A DNA stretch of 64,000 nucleotides from Thermoplasmata archaeon (lineage in GTDB: Archaea; Thermoplasmatota; Thermoplasmata; Lutacidiplasmatales; UBA184): contig JAJYEA010000002.1 in the NCBI GenBank assembly GCA_021790425.1, positions 36,807-100,806 of the forward strand, read 5' to 3'. The translations under genes and the position numbers were made by a program. The notes under the pieces are model-generated. The model searched no databases. It was not told the DNA's origin and was given only the letters and a program-made list of their open reading frames with translations. Each line of letters opens with the position of its first letter. Position 1 is the first letter of the stretch. Below, in pieces: positions 46,724 to 56,111 of the stretch.

Positions 46724-47350
46724 GTGCGGGTCGCCCTTCTTCCGGGCCTGGTGCTCATCGGCGCCGTCCGTGGTCCGGTCGAAGAAGGAGAGGCCGTGGT
46801 CGCGGAGATCGAGCGCCGGGACCCGCGTCGGATAGCGCTCGATCTCGCCCCCGAGGAGCTCTACGGGCTGAAGGAGCATTTCGGCACGGGCGATTCCGAG
46901 CCACTTGCCCCGTTGCTCCAGACGGAGGTGGCCCTCGCCGTGGCCCTCACCGCCTACGGAGAAGTACGGATGCCCTCCCCTTCCTTCGTCGGCCCCGTGC
47001 AGTGGGCCCTGGCCCGGGGACGCGAGCTCCTGGCCCTCGAGCCCGACGAGGAGGAGTATTCCTCCCTCTTCCTGGAGAACGTGCGCTACCTCGACCTGGT
47101 CCGGAGGGCCCGCGCCGAGCGGTCGCTCCGCCGTTCGCCCCCCCCGGTCGACTCTCCGGAGGCGCTCGCCCTAGCTTGGGAGGACCGCCTCCATCGGACG
47201 AAGGGGACGCGGAGAATGCAGGAAGAGCGTCGGACGCGGCTCGCGGTCCGTCTCGCAGCGCTCCGTGCCTCCGCGGGGTCCCAGCCCCTGGTGGCCGTGC
47301 TCGACGCGGAGCACTGGGAGCCCGCCGTACAGAGTCTTCGCCGGACGTAG
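46724..47350 (+). CDS. Divergent TraB/GumN-like protein (degenerate)
   Basis: N-terminal ...VLIGAVRGPVEEGEAVVAEIERRDPRRIALDL... vs the TraB GTAHVS...PD.VAVEL pattern. C-terminal ...LVAVLDAEHW... vs the TraB ...AVVGAGH.... The catalytic-looking residues are not conserved. Confidence 0.35.
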   Translation: MRVALLPGLVLIGAVRGPVEEGEAVVAEIERRDPRRIALDLAPEELYGLKEHFGTGDSEPLAPLLQTEVALAVALTAYGEVRMPSPSFVGPVQWALARGRELLALEPDEEEYSSLFLENVRYLDLVRRARAERSLRRSPPPVDSPEALALAWEDRLHRTKGTRRMQEERRTRLAVRLAALRASAGSQPLVAVLDAEHWEPAVQSLRRT

Positions 47351-47557
47351 CTCCAGATCCTGAAGCCGCCGCCGGCAGATGTCGGAATGGAGCGGGACGT
47401 CCCACATCGGAGAGGGAAGGCGCATCTCCGCACGACGACGGTGCCTGAGTGCAATCTCCCCGCTCGAGCTATCCCTGCCCCCCAGTTGCCTTCTGCCCGG
47501 CGTTCGAGCGCCGGTAACCGTTCCGAGGGGGAGCGAGGTCCTCCGGGGTGGGCCCCC

Positions 47558-48655
47558 CTAGAGGATTCCGCCCAAGGTGGCCTGGTCGAGGAAATCGTTG
47601 TCGATCGCCCGGATGCCCCGCTCGATGTCCCGGGGGCGGAGGGTCTGCCATGGGGAACCTTGCAGGGCCGCGCGGAACGCGCTGCGGGCCATGGCCTGCA
47701 CGGCCAGCTCGCGCAGGATCTCCCGCACCATCTCCTCCAGCGTCGCCTCCTCCTGGGCTTCGAGCTCCCGGTAGGCCAGCCAGAAGAGGAAGTCCCGGTG
47801 GAGGTTGTACACCAGGTAGCCCCGGAGCAATTCCCGGGCATCCTCGGTCAGGTGGGGCATGGCGCCCAGCGGCGGGATCAGCCCGAGGGAGTGCCGCGGC
47901 CCCCCTTCCTCCCGCATCGAGAACGCCTCCCAACCTTCCGTGCGCGACAGGAACGTGACCGGGCCGTGCTCTTCATCGAAGTAGAGCGGGAGCGCGTCCC
48001 ACCCTTCCGAGGAGTCGGGGGGATCCTCGGCCGGAAAGTCCTCCTCGGACGGCCATGGGAGGTCGGAGATGACCCGGGCCCGGAGGTCCTCCGCGGCGTC
48101 CCAACGATGTGCCCGGAGCAGCCGGGACCGGGTCCGGTCCTCGATCCGGCGTCCTTCCTTCAGCCACTGGTCCAGGGGCTGTCGGGTCGCCTCGGCCAGC
48201 ACCCGCTCGATCTCACTATCGAGCCCCTGGGGGGGAGCGGACGGAGGTCCGCCGTGGGACCATTGGGAGAGCGGGGCGAGGGAAATCCCGGGACAGGCGA
48301 GCACTAGCGTGGCTTGGGGCCGGGACCCGATGTGGACGGAAAGGGGGTACTCCCGGCAGGGGAAGGGACGCGCGGTGTAGACTCCGCATCGGCGATGGTG
48401 AAGGTAGGTGCAAGCGCCTCCCTGAGGTCGGGAACGGACGTTGGTGGCTTGCCCGCCCTCATCCTCCAGGAACGATCCCGCGGGGCGGATCTGCAGGAGG
48501 TCACGGTGCTCCTGGGGGCTGATGCTGGGGGAGGCGAAGCAGCAGAGCGAGCAGTCCGGGCGGCATGTGAACGCGAACCCGTTCAGGAGCGAGAGCTCCA
48601 GCGGCTGGGGGATGCTCAGGACCGCCGCCGATAGCTTCGAGGGATGGGCGCTCAC
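47558..48655 (-). CDS. CxxCxxCC (YkgJ/FliB family, PF03692-like) putative Fe-S/zinc-binding protein with an uncharacterised ~200-aa C-terminal domain. GTG start overlapping the upstream stop.
   Basis: FAFTCRPDCSLCCF...(34)...CTYLHHRRCGVYTARPFPCREYP. GTG at 48655 overlaps the TGA of the methyltransferase gene (GTGA). Confidence 0.55.
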   Translation of the reverse strand: MSAHPSKLSAAVLSIPQPLELSLLNGFAFTCRPDCSLCCFASPSISPQEHRDLLQIRPAGSFLEDEGGQATNVRSRPQGGACTYLHHRRCGVYTARPFPCREYPLSVHIGSRPQATLVLACPGISLAPLSQWSHGGPPSAPPQGLDSEIERVLAEATRQPLDQWLKEGRRIEDRTRSRLLRAHRWDAAEDLRARVISDLPWPSEEDFPAEDPPDSSEGWDALPLYFDEEHGPVTFLSRTEGWEAFSMREEGGPRHSLGLIPPLGAMPHLTEDARELLRGYLVYNLHRDFLFWLAYRELEAQEEATLEEMVREILRELAVQAMARSAFRAALQGSPWQTLRPRDIERGIRAIDNDFLDQATLGGIL

Positions 48656-50031
48656 GGTCGTTCCCCCGTGTCCTTCCGGATCACGACGATCCGGTTGGTG
48701 TTCGTTCCCTTCCGTCCGTTGTCGACCCCCCAGACCTGGGCGGTCTTGGTGAACTGCTGGCGGTTGATCATGACGAGGCGGGGTCGCAACGATGCCCTCT
48801 CGGCGGAGGCCACCACGGCCTCCTCCAGGGGAAGCGCGCCCCCGCGGATCTCTCCCACCTCGAAGGCGATGTGTCCCCCGGGGCGAAGCACCCGGCGCAG
48901 CTCGGAGAACGTGTCCGTCATCTTCTGCATCCAGGAGTCGAGGTCGGGGGTCATCGTCAGCGGGATCGAGGCCGGGTCGATCCCGCAGAACCAGAGGCGG
49001 AGCCAGTTGTCCTGGGCGTAGTTCACCACATCGAGGAAGGGGGGCGAGGTCACCACCAGCGACACCGAGGAGGAAGGTATCTCCGGGGTGTGGGCCGCGT
49101 CCTGGGTCCAGAGCCGGGCACCTCCGGACATCTTCTCCAGGGTCGCCCGGGTGGGCGCGTCCAAGTCTCGAAGGAGCGCCCGGGTCTTGCGGAGGATCCG
49201 GGGCCGAATCTCCCGGTACGGGGGAGTCTGGCCCCGGAGCTTGTTGATCCGCTCCTGGGACCGGACCGACACCGCCTGGTTGGGGGGCAAGGTGTACACC
49301 GAGAAGAAACCGGGCGAGTGGCCCGTCAGCCGATTCACCGCGACCATGCGGATCCACTGGTCCACGGCGTCCAGTGTCCCCCTCCGTTGCCGACCCAGCA
49401 GGTAGTGGCGGAGCGCGAGGATCTCCCGCAAGGTGTCCGAGTGGTAGAACGCGAGCAGGTCGTCCCGGAGCTCCCCGTCCCACTCCATAGGGATCCGCTC
49501 GAGCCGTGCGCGGACCTCCTCGAACGTGGGAGGATGGAGCCGGGGCCCGACGAGCACGGCACCCAGCGGATTGATGTCACACCCGGCGGGGACGCGGCCG
49601 CGGAGCGCCGCTTCGATGAGGGTCGTTCCCCTCCCCATGAAGGGGTCGTACACGATGTCCCCGGGTCGGGACAGGCGGTCCAAGAAGAATCCCGGGACCT
49701 CGGGCTTGAAGCAGGCCCGGTAGGAGATCTCGTGGAGGCTGTTGCCCGCGCGCTGGCGCGAGGTCCAGAACTCGTTCGCGTAGGCAGGGACCGCACCTCG
49801 GGAAGCGACCGTCGAAGGCGTCCCCGGCAGAACGGCCGTCGGCCGGCGGAAGGCCTGGAACCGCGCGAGGTCCCGTTCGAGGGCGCCCGGGGCCGCGAGG
49901 AGCGGGATCTGTGAGGACAGCGATGAGGTGACGGGAGGCGACGTAGCGGGCATCGGATCGGGATACTCGAGGGGGAGGTTTCCTACAATGGGATAAGGGT
50001 ATGGGGGCGGATAAGCGAGAGGGATGCGCAC
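48652..50031 (-). CDS. DNA methyltransferase (amino-MTase; motif I DPFMGRGTT then motif IV SPPF, i.e. alpha-type order; SPPF suggests N4-cytosine or N6-adenine)
   Basis: IVYDPFMGRGTTLIEAALRGRVPAGCDI (PF01555-like FxGxGTT block), and ...LVVTSPPFLDVVNYAQDNW (motif IV). About 200 aa between them could be a target-recognition domain. Confidence 0.6.
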   Translation of the reverse strand: MRIPLAYPPPYPYPIVGNLPLEYPDPMPATSPPVTSSLSSQIPLLAAPGALERDLARFQAFRRPTAVLPGTPSTVASRGAVPAYANEFWTSRQRAGNSLHEISYRACFKPEVPGFFLDRLSRPGDIVYDPFMGRGTTLIEAALRGRVPAGCDINPLGAVLVGPRLHPPTFEEVRARLERIPMEWDGELRDDLLAFYHSDTLREILALRHYLLGRQRRGTLDAVDQWIRMVAVNRLTGHSPGFFSVYTLPPNQAVSVRSQERINKLRGQTPPYREIRPRILRKTRALLRDLDAPTRATLEKMSGGARLWTQDAAHTPEIPSSSVSLVVTSPPFLDVVNYAQDNWLRLWFCGIDPASIPLTMTPDLDSWMQKMTDTFSELRRVLRPGGHIAFEVGEIRGGALPLEEAVVASAERASLRPRLVMINRQQFTKTAQVWGVDNGRKGTNTNRIVVIRKDTGERP

Positions 50032-50103
50032 TCCTCCAACGCCCCACCCGGCGCTGCATGGGGCGCCCTCCGCGCCGGTCCGACCCAGGACGCGGTCACG
50101 CGT

Positions 50104-51198
50104 TCAGAGGATGCTCTTCCCGTCGATCTCCAGATGGGCCCCCGCGTTGACGACGAATCCGAAGTAGCGGGACGTGTTCTTCCCGCCGGGAAGATGGCCG
50201 TTCCCTCCGACGGAGACCGTGATCGCCCCCGCCTCGATGTCCTCGAGCTGGGGGGTGTCGTGGAGCTTGGGGTTGAGGCCGATGCGGAGCTGCCCCGGCT
50301 GGTCGCGTCCCTTCCCCCCTCGGCGGTAGGGGCCCTCGAAGAGCGACCCACCCGTGTCGAATTGCTGCGCCACGAGCCGGCCATTCCGGAACTCGAGGAC
50401 CCCGCCGGTCGCCTTCCCGTCGTCGAGGTAGCTGGATCGGTTCGCCGAGATCCGCCCGTCGGCCACCGACTCGTCCAGCGCGACGCTCACCGCTCCCGAG
50501 GGCAGCGAGGTCATCATCCCGTACGGGCGTTTGCGTTCCTCGGGAGTGATGAGCCCGGCGTTGACCCGGACCGGGCGTCCGAGGAGTCCCAGCGTCAGGT
50601 CGGTCCCTTGGTTGTCCCAGATCCGGACCCTGCGACCGCCTTTCAGCGCCTTGGCGATCCGGTCCCCCGTCGTCCGGAGCTTCTCGGGGTCGACCATGGA
50701 TGCGGCCATCACCTGGTCCCTCCAGCCCTCTTCGTCCACCCCGTATACCTTGGCGAGGCTCGGGTACGGTCGCCCGACCTCCAGCCGTGCTCCACGGAGG
50801 CCCGCCTTGGCGGCGGCCTTGTACCAGGCTCCGTTCCACGCGAGGATGCGCTCTTGGCGCTTCACGGGCAGGGTCCCCAATCGCACCTTGTCCCCGGGTC
50901 CCCACATGTGGATGTACACGTCGGTCTTGGCGAGGGCGGCCCACTCGTGGCTCGGCGAGGCACCGAAGCTCGCCTCCTCACGGTGGTCCACGGCGTCCCA
51001 GAACGACTCCTCGTCCTCGTAGAGCACCAGCGGGTGGGCCTTCAATCGCCGGGCCTCGCGCGCGAGGGCGACGGCCCAGGGCAGCGCGTGGCTCCACCCC
51101 TCGATGGTCACATTCTCGCCAGGTCGGACCTTGAGGTTACGGGTCAGTATCGAACGAGCGAACCGCGCCGCTTGCTCCGAGGAGGTGTCTCGCGCCAT
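50104..51198 (-). CDS. Aminopeptidase (M29 / AmpS-PepS-like)
   Basis: Overall M29 architecture: ...KTDVYIHMWGPGD..., ...LPSGAVSV..., C-terminal ...GGNGHLPGGKN...NAGAHLEIDG.... Moderate certainty on the family. Confidence 0.5.
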   Translation of the reverse strand: MARDTSSEQAARFARSILTRNLKVRPGENVTIEGWSHALPWAVALAREARRLKAHPLVLYEDEESFWDAVDHREEASFGASPSHEWAALAKTDVYIHMWGPGDKVRLGTLPVKRQERILAWNGAWYKAAAKAGLRGARLEVGRPYPSLAKVYGVDEEGWRDQVMAASMVDPEKLRTTGDRIAKALKGGRRVRIWDNQGTDLTLGLLGRPVRVNAGLITPEERKRPYGMMTSLPSGAVSVALDESVADGRISANRSSYLDDGKATGGVLEFRNGRLVAQQFDTGGSLFEGPYRRGGKGRDQPGQLRIGLNPKLHDTPQLEDIEAGAITVSVGGNGHLPGGKNTSRYFGFVVNAGAHLEIDGKSIL

Positions 51199-51403
51199 GC
51201 TCCGCGGAGCCCGAGGGAATATTTAGGTTAGTTAGTGGCAATATTGGGTGAGGGCGGCCTCGCCCCTTCGGCTGAGCGTCATCCCCTCTGAGCCCCTTTC
51301 CTTCTCCGTGCGTTTGGGTCTGGGACGCTCCGCAGACCCGGGTTTTGCCCGGTCTCGCGGGGGAAAACACGTCAAAGTGCGGCGGAAATCAATGGGCAAA
51401 CTG

Positions 51404-51413
51404 TTTTAACATA
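51404..51413 (+). promoter_or_regulatory. TATA-like box (ttttaacata) 26-35 bp upstream of the surface-protein ATG at 51439
   Basis: AT island in the 240-bp intergenic region. Confidence 0.3.
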
Positions 51414-51438
51414 GGAAGTCCATCGACTCCGCGAATCT

Positions 51439-54234
51439 ATGTCACGATTGGGCGTAGCACAGCGTGCGGAACCGACCGACGACGGCGCGACCGCCAGACC
51501 GCGGACCTGGAGCAAGCGGGCCCTCCGGCTGACCCCTGTGGTCCTGACCCTGCTGCTCGCCGCCATCTTCGTGTCCCCCAGTGGGAGCCTCCTCTCCTCC
51601 GGGGCCCTTCCTGGTGCCGCCGACCACCCGGCCGTTCCCGCCACCTTCCTCGGCTACAATGTGACGTTCCGGCAGACGGGTCTCCCGTTCGGCACCAACT
51701 GGAGCGTGACGCTCAACGGGAGCACGCTCTACTCCACCTACGGTCGCCTCCGTTTCCCGGAGATCCCCAATGGGACCTACCCCTTCACGGTGGTAAACGC
51801 TTCTAACGGATACGTTCCCACCCCGAACAACGGCACGGTCACGGTTGCGGGGGTTAGTCCGCCGAACGTCAACATCGCATTCGCTGCTCCGCCGGGTGTC
51901 TACTCGGCGACCTTCACCCAGACCGGCCTGCCCTTCGGCACCGCCTGGGGTGTGACCTTCAACGGAACGTACTACGTCTCGAACCGCTTCGGTAACGTCG
52001 TGGTCAGCCCGGTGAGGAATGGAAGCTATCTTTGGAACACCTCTGTGTTCGCGGGTCTCTATCCTGTCCCTCCCAGCGGGACCATGAACATCAGCGCGGC
52101 GAGCAACACCACCAACGTCGTGTTCGGACCCCTGCCTGGCCACTACACCGTAGCGTTCGCCGAGACCGGGCTGCCGTTCGGTGTCACGTGGTGGGTCACG
52201 TTCAACGGTACGGTTTACTCTGGGAACACCTTCACGGGGATCACCATCAACAGTGTGGTCAACGGGACGTACTCGTGGAATGTCTCGTATACCGGCTATT
52301 CCGCGGTGCCTTCCACAGGCCCGATGGTCATCAACGGGACGGGGAACAACACGAACATCGTCTTCACCCCCATCCCCGGGGAGTACGCGGTCGCATTCAC
52401 AGAGGGCGGGCTTCCCTTCGGGGTGACCTGGTGGGTCACCTTCAACACCACCGTCTACTCCGGGAACACCTTCACGGGGATCACCATCAACGGCGTGGTC
52501 AACGGCTCGTACTCCTGGAACGTCTCGTACGCGGGGTACACTGCGACCCCCGCCAACGCCACGATGTCCATCAACGGGACGGGCACCACCACGGCGATCA
52601 CCTTCACCGCCATACCCGGAGAGTACCTTGCCTCGTTTACCGAGGGCGGTCTACCCGGGGGCACCACCTGGGCCGTCGTCTTCAACGGGACGACGCACTC
52701 CGCCACCTCGCCCGGAGCGGTGCAGATCACCGGAGTCAAGAACGGATCCTACGCGTGGAGCGCCGTCCCCGTCCCGGGCTACTCGGCTGCCCCCGCGAGC
52801 GGGACCATGAACATCACGGGAGTGGACAACACCACGAGGATCACCTTCACCGCGCTCCTTCCCGGACAGTACTCCGTCGTCTTCGGTGAGATCGGTCTTC
52901 CGAGCGGGACCGCCTGGTCCGTGACGTTCAACGGCACGACCCTGTCGTCGAGCGCACCCACCTCGATGATGTTCACCTCCGGCAACGGCAACTGGGGATT
53001 CACCGTCGGGAGCGTCACGGGATACTCGGCCTCCCCTGCCTCCGGGACCGTCGCGGTCAGCGGCAAGACGGCGTGGCAGAACATCACCTTCTCCTCGGGC
53101 CCGCCCACCTACTCCGCCACGTTCACGGAGAAGAACCTCGCCACCGGCACGAACTGGTCGGTCACCCTCCAGAGCACGACACTGTTCTCGACGACCGCCA
53201 GCATCGTCTTCTCGGGGCTCGTGGACCAGACCTACTCCTTCACCGTGGCCTCCTTGGGACGGTGGGCTCCCACGCCCGCCTCGGGGTCGCTCACCATCAA
53301 CGGCGCCAACGTGCAGCAGGCGGTGAACTTCACCCTGGGACCGATGTCGTACAGCGTCACCTTCGTGCCCAAGGGGTTGCCGGCCGCCCAGAGCTGGTCG
53401 CTGAGCCTCAACAAGGTCAGCCAGACCTCGGCCAACGCGGGCAACATCGTGTTCTCCGAGGCGAACGGGACGTTCCCCTTCGTCGTGACGTCGATCACCG
53501 GATTCGTCCTCTCGCCCGCCAGCGGCAACGTGACGGTCAATGGGGCCAACCTCCAGCAGAACATCACGGCGGATCGGGCCTACGGCGTGACCTTCACTGA
53601 GAGCGGCCTGCCCGCAGGGGGAAGCTGGACCGTCGTCCTGAACGGGGTCTCCACGCCTTCCACCGCGACAACGGCCGTCTTCTCCATGGTGAACGGGACG
53701 TACGACTTCACCGTCGCCGGCCCCTCGGGCTACACGGCCACACCCAGCTCCGGCAAGGTCACGGTGAACGGGGCTTCGGCCACTCAGGCGGTCAGCTTCG
53801 CGAAGTCGAACTCCGGCACGACACAGAAGTCGACCAACCCCCTCGCCTCGGGCTGGGGATTGTTCGCGGTCATTGCCGTGGTCGTGATCTTGGTGGTCGT
53901 CTTGCTCGCCCTGCTCCTGTTGCGGCGGCGGAAGTCCGGCTCGTCGGGACCCTCCGGGCCCTTCACCGAGGACGCCGCGGCCGGTGCCGCGGTGGCGGGC
54001 AGTGCGTCCGAGTCTCCGCCCTCGGCTTCCGACGACAACCCCCCCGCTCCGGAGGAATCCAGCTCCGAGACGCCTGCGGCCGAGAGCTCGGACTCCTCCG
54101 CCACTCCCTCCGAGGGTGAATCCTCGAGCGAGCCCTCCTCCTCCGGCGACTCCCCTGCCTCCTCGGAACCCAGTTCCGGAGAGGGCCAGTCCTCGGCCGA
54201 CTCGTCGGAGGACTTCCACGAGTCCAGCCCCTAG
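51439..54234 (+). CDS. Large surface (S-layer-like) glycoprotein candidate: signal/TM N-terminus, nine ~80-aa tandem domains, C-terminal TM helix, and a ~95-aa Ser/Glu/Pro-rich cytoplasmic tail
   Basis: Repeats of Y.V.F.E.GLP.GT.W.VTFNGT...NG.Y.W.V...GY...P.SG...I.G with very many N-x-S/T sequons. TM AVIAVVVILVVVLLALLLL plus RRRK. Tail SESPPSASDDNPPAPEESSSETPAAESSDSS.... Confidence 0.8.
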   Translation: MSRLGVAQRAEPTDDGATARPRTWSKRALRLTPVVLTLLLAAIFVSPSGSLLSSGALPGAADHPAVPATFLGYNVTFRQTGLPFGTNWSVTLNGSTLYSTYGRLRFPEIPNGTYPFTVVNASNGYVPTPNNGTVTVAGVSPPNVNIAFAAPPGVYSATFTQTGLPFGTAWGVTFNGTYYVSNRFGNVVVSPVRNGSYLWNTSVFAGLYPVPPSGTMNISAASNTTNVVFGPLPGHYTVAFAETGLPFGVTWWVTFNGTVYSGNTFTGITINSVVNGTYSWNVSYTGYSAVPSTGPMVINGTGNNTNIVFTPIPGEYAVAFTEGGLPFGVTWWVTFNTTVYSGNTFTGITINGVVNGSYSWNVSYAGYTATPANATMSINGTGTTTAITFTAIPGEYLASFTEGGLPGGTTWAVVFNGTTHSATSPGAVQITGVKNGSYAWSAVPVPGYSAAPASGTMNITGVDNTTRITFTALLPGQYSVVFGEIGLPSGTAWSVTFNGTTLSSSAPTSMMFTSGNGNWGFTVGSVTGYSASPASGTVAVSGKTAWQNITFSSGPPTYSATFTEKNLATGTNWSVTLQSTTLFSTTASIVFSGLVDQTYSFTVASLGRWAPTPASGSLTINGANVQQAVNFTLGPMSYSVTFVPKGLPAAQSWSLSLNKVSQTSANAGNIVFSEANGTFPFVVTSITGFVLSPASGNVTVNGANLQQNITADRAYGVTFTESGLPAGGSWTVVLNGVSTPSTATTAVFSMVNGTYDFTVAGPSGYTATPSSGKVTVNGASATQAVSFAKSNSGTTQKSTNPLASGWGLFAVIAVVVILVVVLLALLLLRRRKSGSSGPSGPFTEDAAAGAAVAGSASESPPSASDDNPPAPEESSSETPAAESSDSSATPSEGESSSEPSSSGDSPASSEPSSGEGQSSADSSEDFHESSP
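51637..53780 (+). repeat. Nine tandem ~240-bp coding repeats. The exact 30-mer gggaacaccttcacggggatcaccatcaac occurs at 52222-52251 and again at 52462-52491.
   Basis: Direct DNA identity with a 240-bp period, plus protein-level periodicity. Confidence 0.8.
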
Positions 54235-54279
54235 GCGAACGAACGTCCTGCGGATCGACCCACCGCGCGGGCGCCCGGC

Positions 54280-55674
54280 TCAGAGGCCGGGACCGCGATG
54301 GTGGCTCATGCGCCGGGGACCGGCGGGCGCCAGCCCGGAGCGACGATAGAGATGGATGGTGTGCTCGAAGATCCTCCGGAGACGGGGGGCCGCGCGGCGC
54401 ACCGAGCACTGGCGCGCCGTGAGCGCGCCGGCCTCGCCCATGCGCTCCCCCTGTTCGGGATGCGCGAGGACCTGGGCCATCCGGGCCGCGAGGGCCGGCG
54501 CTGACCCGGAGCTCACGGCGTAACCGTTCACGCCGTCGTTGACCAGTTCGGAGACGCCTGCGCCCCGGGTGACGATAACGGGCCGGCCGTGGAGCCAGGC
54601 CTCGACCGCCACCAGCCCGAATCCCTCCCAGGGAGCGGGGTGGACGAAGAGCGTGCTGGCCCGATAGGCGGCGTGGAGCTCCTCGGTGTTGAGATTCCCG
54701 GTGAAGACCACCTGGTCCTCCAGGTGGAGGTCGTGGACGAGCTTCTGGAGATACGCGGACCACGTGGCCGCCTTGGTGGCGCGCCGGCCGTGCCCCAGCG
54801 CCTGGGTCGAGAAGCTTCCCCCTCCCGCCAGCACGAGGCGATGGTCGGGGAACCGCCGGCACACGAGCGCGAAGGCCTTCAGCAGCACGTCCTGCCGCTT
54901 CACCGGGTCCATCCGGGAGATGGAGAAGACGAAGGGTGAGGCATCGAGCCCGTACTTCTCCCGGAACCGGCGCACCGCCCCGGGGGGCGGGGCACGGTAC
55001 TCATCCGGATTCAAGTAGGGGTAGACCTGGTAGGCCCGGCCGAGGAACCCCACCCGGATCAGGTCCTCGAGGCCCTGCCGGGTGCTGACCACGATGGCAT
55101 CGTAGCCCTCCATCATCTTGAGGAAGAAGCGACGCACCGGCTCGGGGTAGCCCCGGAAGTCCATCGGGATGTGCCATCGCAGGAGCGAGGGGGCCGCCGA
55201 CCCCAAGAGCATCCCCGTCAGGATCTGCTGGAAATCGTTGATGTAGTAGAGGTCGTACTCGCCGAGATGCTCGAGCAGCGGGCGCGCGGCCGTGTAGCTG
55301 TAACCGACGAAGGCCCGATACTCGTCCGGGAGCAACCGGGAGGCGCCGGGCCCGTGGAAGGAGCTCCAGACCGACTCCTTGAACCGGCTGTAGAGCTCTC
55401 GTTCCGAGGGGTTGAGCTGCACGGTTTCGACCACGTACCCCTCCGAAGTGCGCACCTCGGGAGGGATCCCTGGCCCTCGGAGCGCCACCCATCGAGGGTT
55501 GGGGGCGATCCAGTTCCCGGCCCCTTCCGCGAGCAGCGCCCGCATCATGGGGACCACCCCGCCGAACTGAGGCACGTAGTCCTCGCCCAGGCGCCAGATC
55601 CCGTCCGGGTGGTGAGGAGCACCCGGGAGGGGGTTGATGGGGGGGGTCTGCGAGCTAAGGCAGAGCTTGATCAT
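54280..55674 (-). CDS. GT-B fold glycosyltransferase (GT4-like C-terminal domain)
   Basis: C-terminal ...EGFGLVAVEAWLHGRPVIVTRGAGVSELVNDGVNGYAV... (E-x7-E-type GT4 motif); the N-terminal Rossmann half is present. Start trimmed to MIKLCLS (55674). Confidence 0.7.
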   Translation of the reverse strand: MIKLCLSSQTPPINPLPGAPHHPDGIWRLGEDYVPQFGGVVPMMRALLAEGAGNWIAPNPRWVALRGPGIPPEVRTSEGYVVETVQLNPSERELYSRFKESVWSSFHGPGASRLLPDEYRAFVGYSYTAARPLLEHLGEYDLYYINDFQQILTGMLLGSAAPSLLRWHIPMDFRGYPEPVRRFFLKMMEGYDAIVVSTRQGLEDLIRVGFLGRAYQVYPYLNPDEYRAPPPGAVRRFREKYGLDASPFVFSISRMDPVKRQDVLLKAFALVCRRFPDHRLVLAGGGSFSTQALGHGRRATKAATWSAYLQKLVHDLHLEDQVVFTGNLNTEELHAAYRASTLFVHPAPWEGFGLVAVEAWLHGRPVIVTRGAGVSELVNDGVNGYAVSSGSAPALAARMAQVLAHPEQGERMGEAGALTARQCSVRRAAPRLRRIFEHTIHLYRRSGLAPAGPRRMSHHRGPGL

Positions 55675-56053
55675 CGTGCTCCGGGGCGGTGCCGTTAGCC
55701 GTCGAGAGGGTTGGGAATCGACCTCTGCTCGGCCCGGATCCCCATCCAGCATGGGCAGTCCCCACCGTCGTTTGCTGGCATGACTAGGAGAAGGTTTTCC
55801 CGGTCAATAGCCTTTCGGAGGAAGGGGTCAAAGCCTCGGTGCAGAGCGCCGCCGCAACCCTTGCGATCCGGTCGCTTCGGCTGGTGGTATCGTAGGCGAG
55901 GGAATGTCTGCCGCGAGTCCGCCCGGCACCCGGCCCGCTCTCGCTCCCCAGGGTCTGCTTGGGCCTGCGGTTCGGCGGATCCGGGGCAGCGTAGGGACTC
56001 GGCCCCACCCGGTTGGAAGGGGGGGAGGGGGGGTCCCTGACCTGTTCGGTACA

Positions 56054-56070
56054 AGTTATATGTGCTAATT
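56054..56070 (+). promoter_or_regulatory. AT-rich box (agttatatgtgctaatt) 42-58 bp upstream of the 56112 ATG
   Basis: The only AT island at the 3-prime end of a 437-bp GC-rich intergenic region. Confidence 0.25.
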
Positions 56071-56111
56071 CCCAATCCTTCCCGTCGGGACAGAGGCCCC
56101 GGGGGGGAAAC

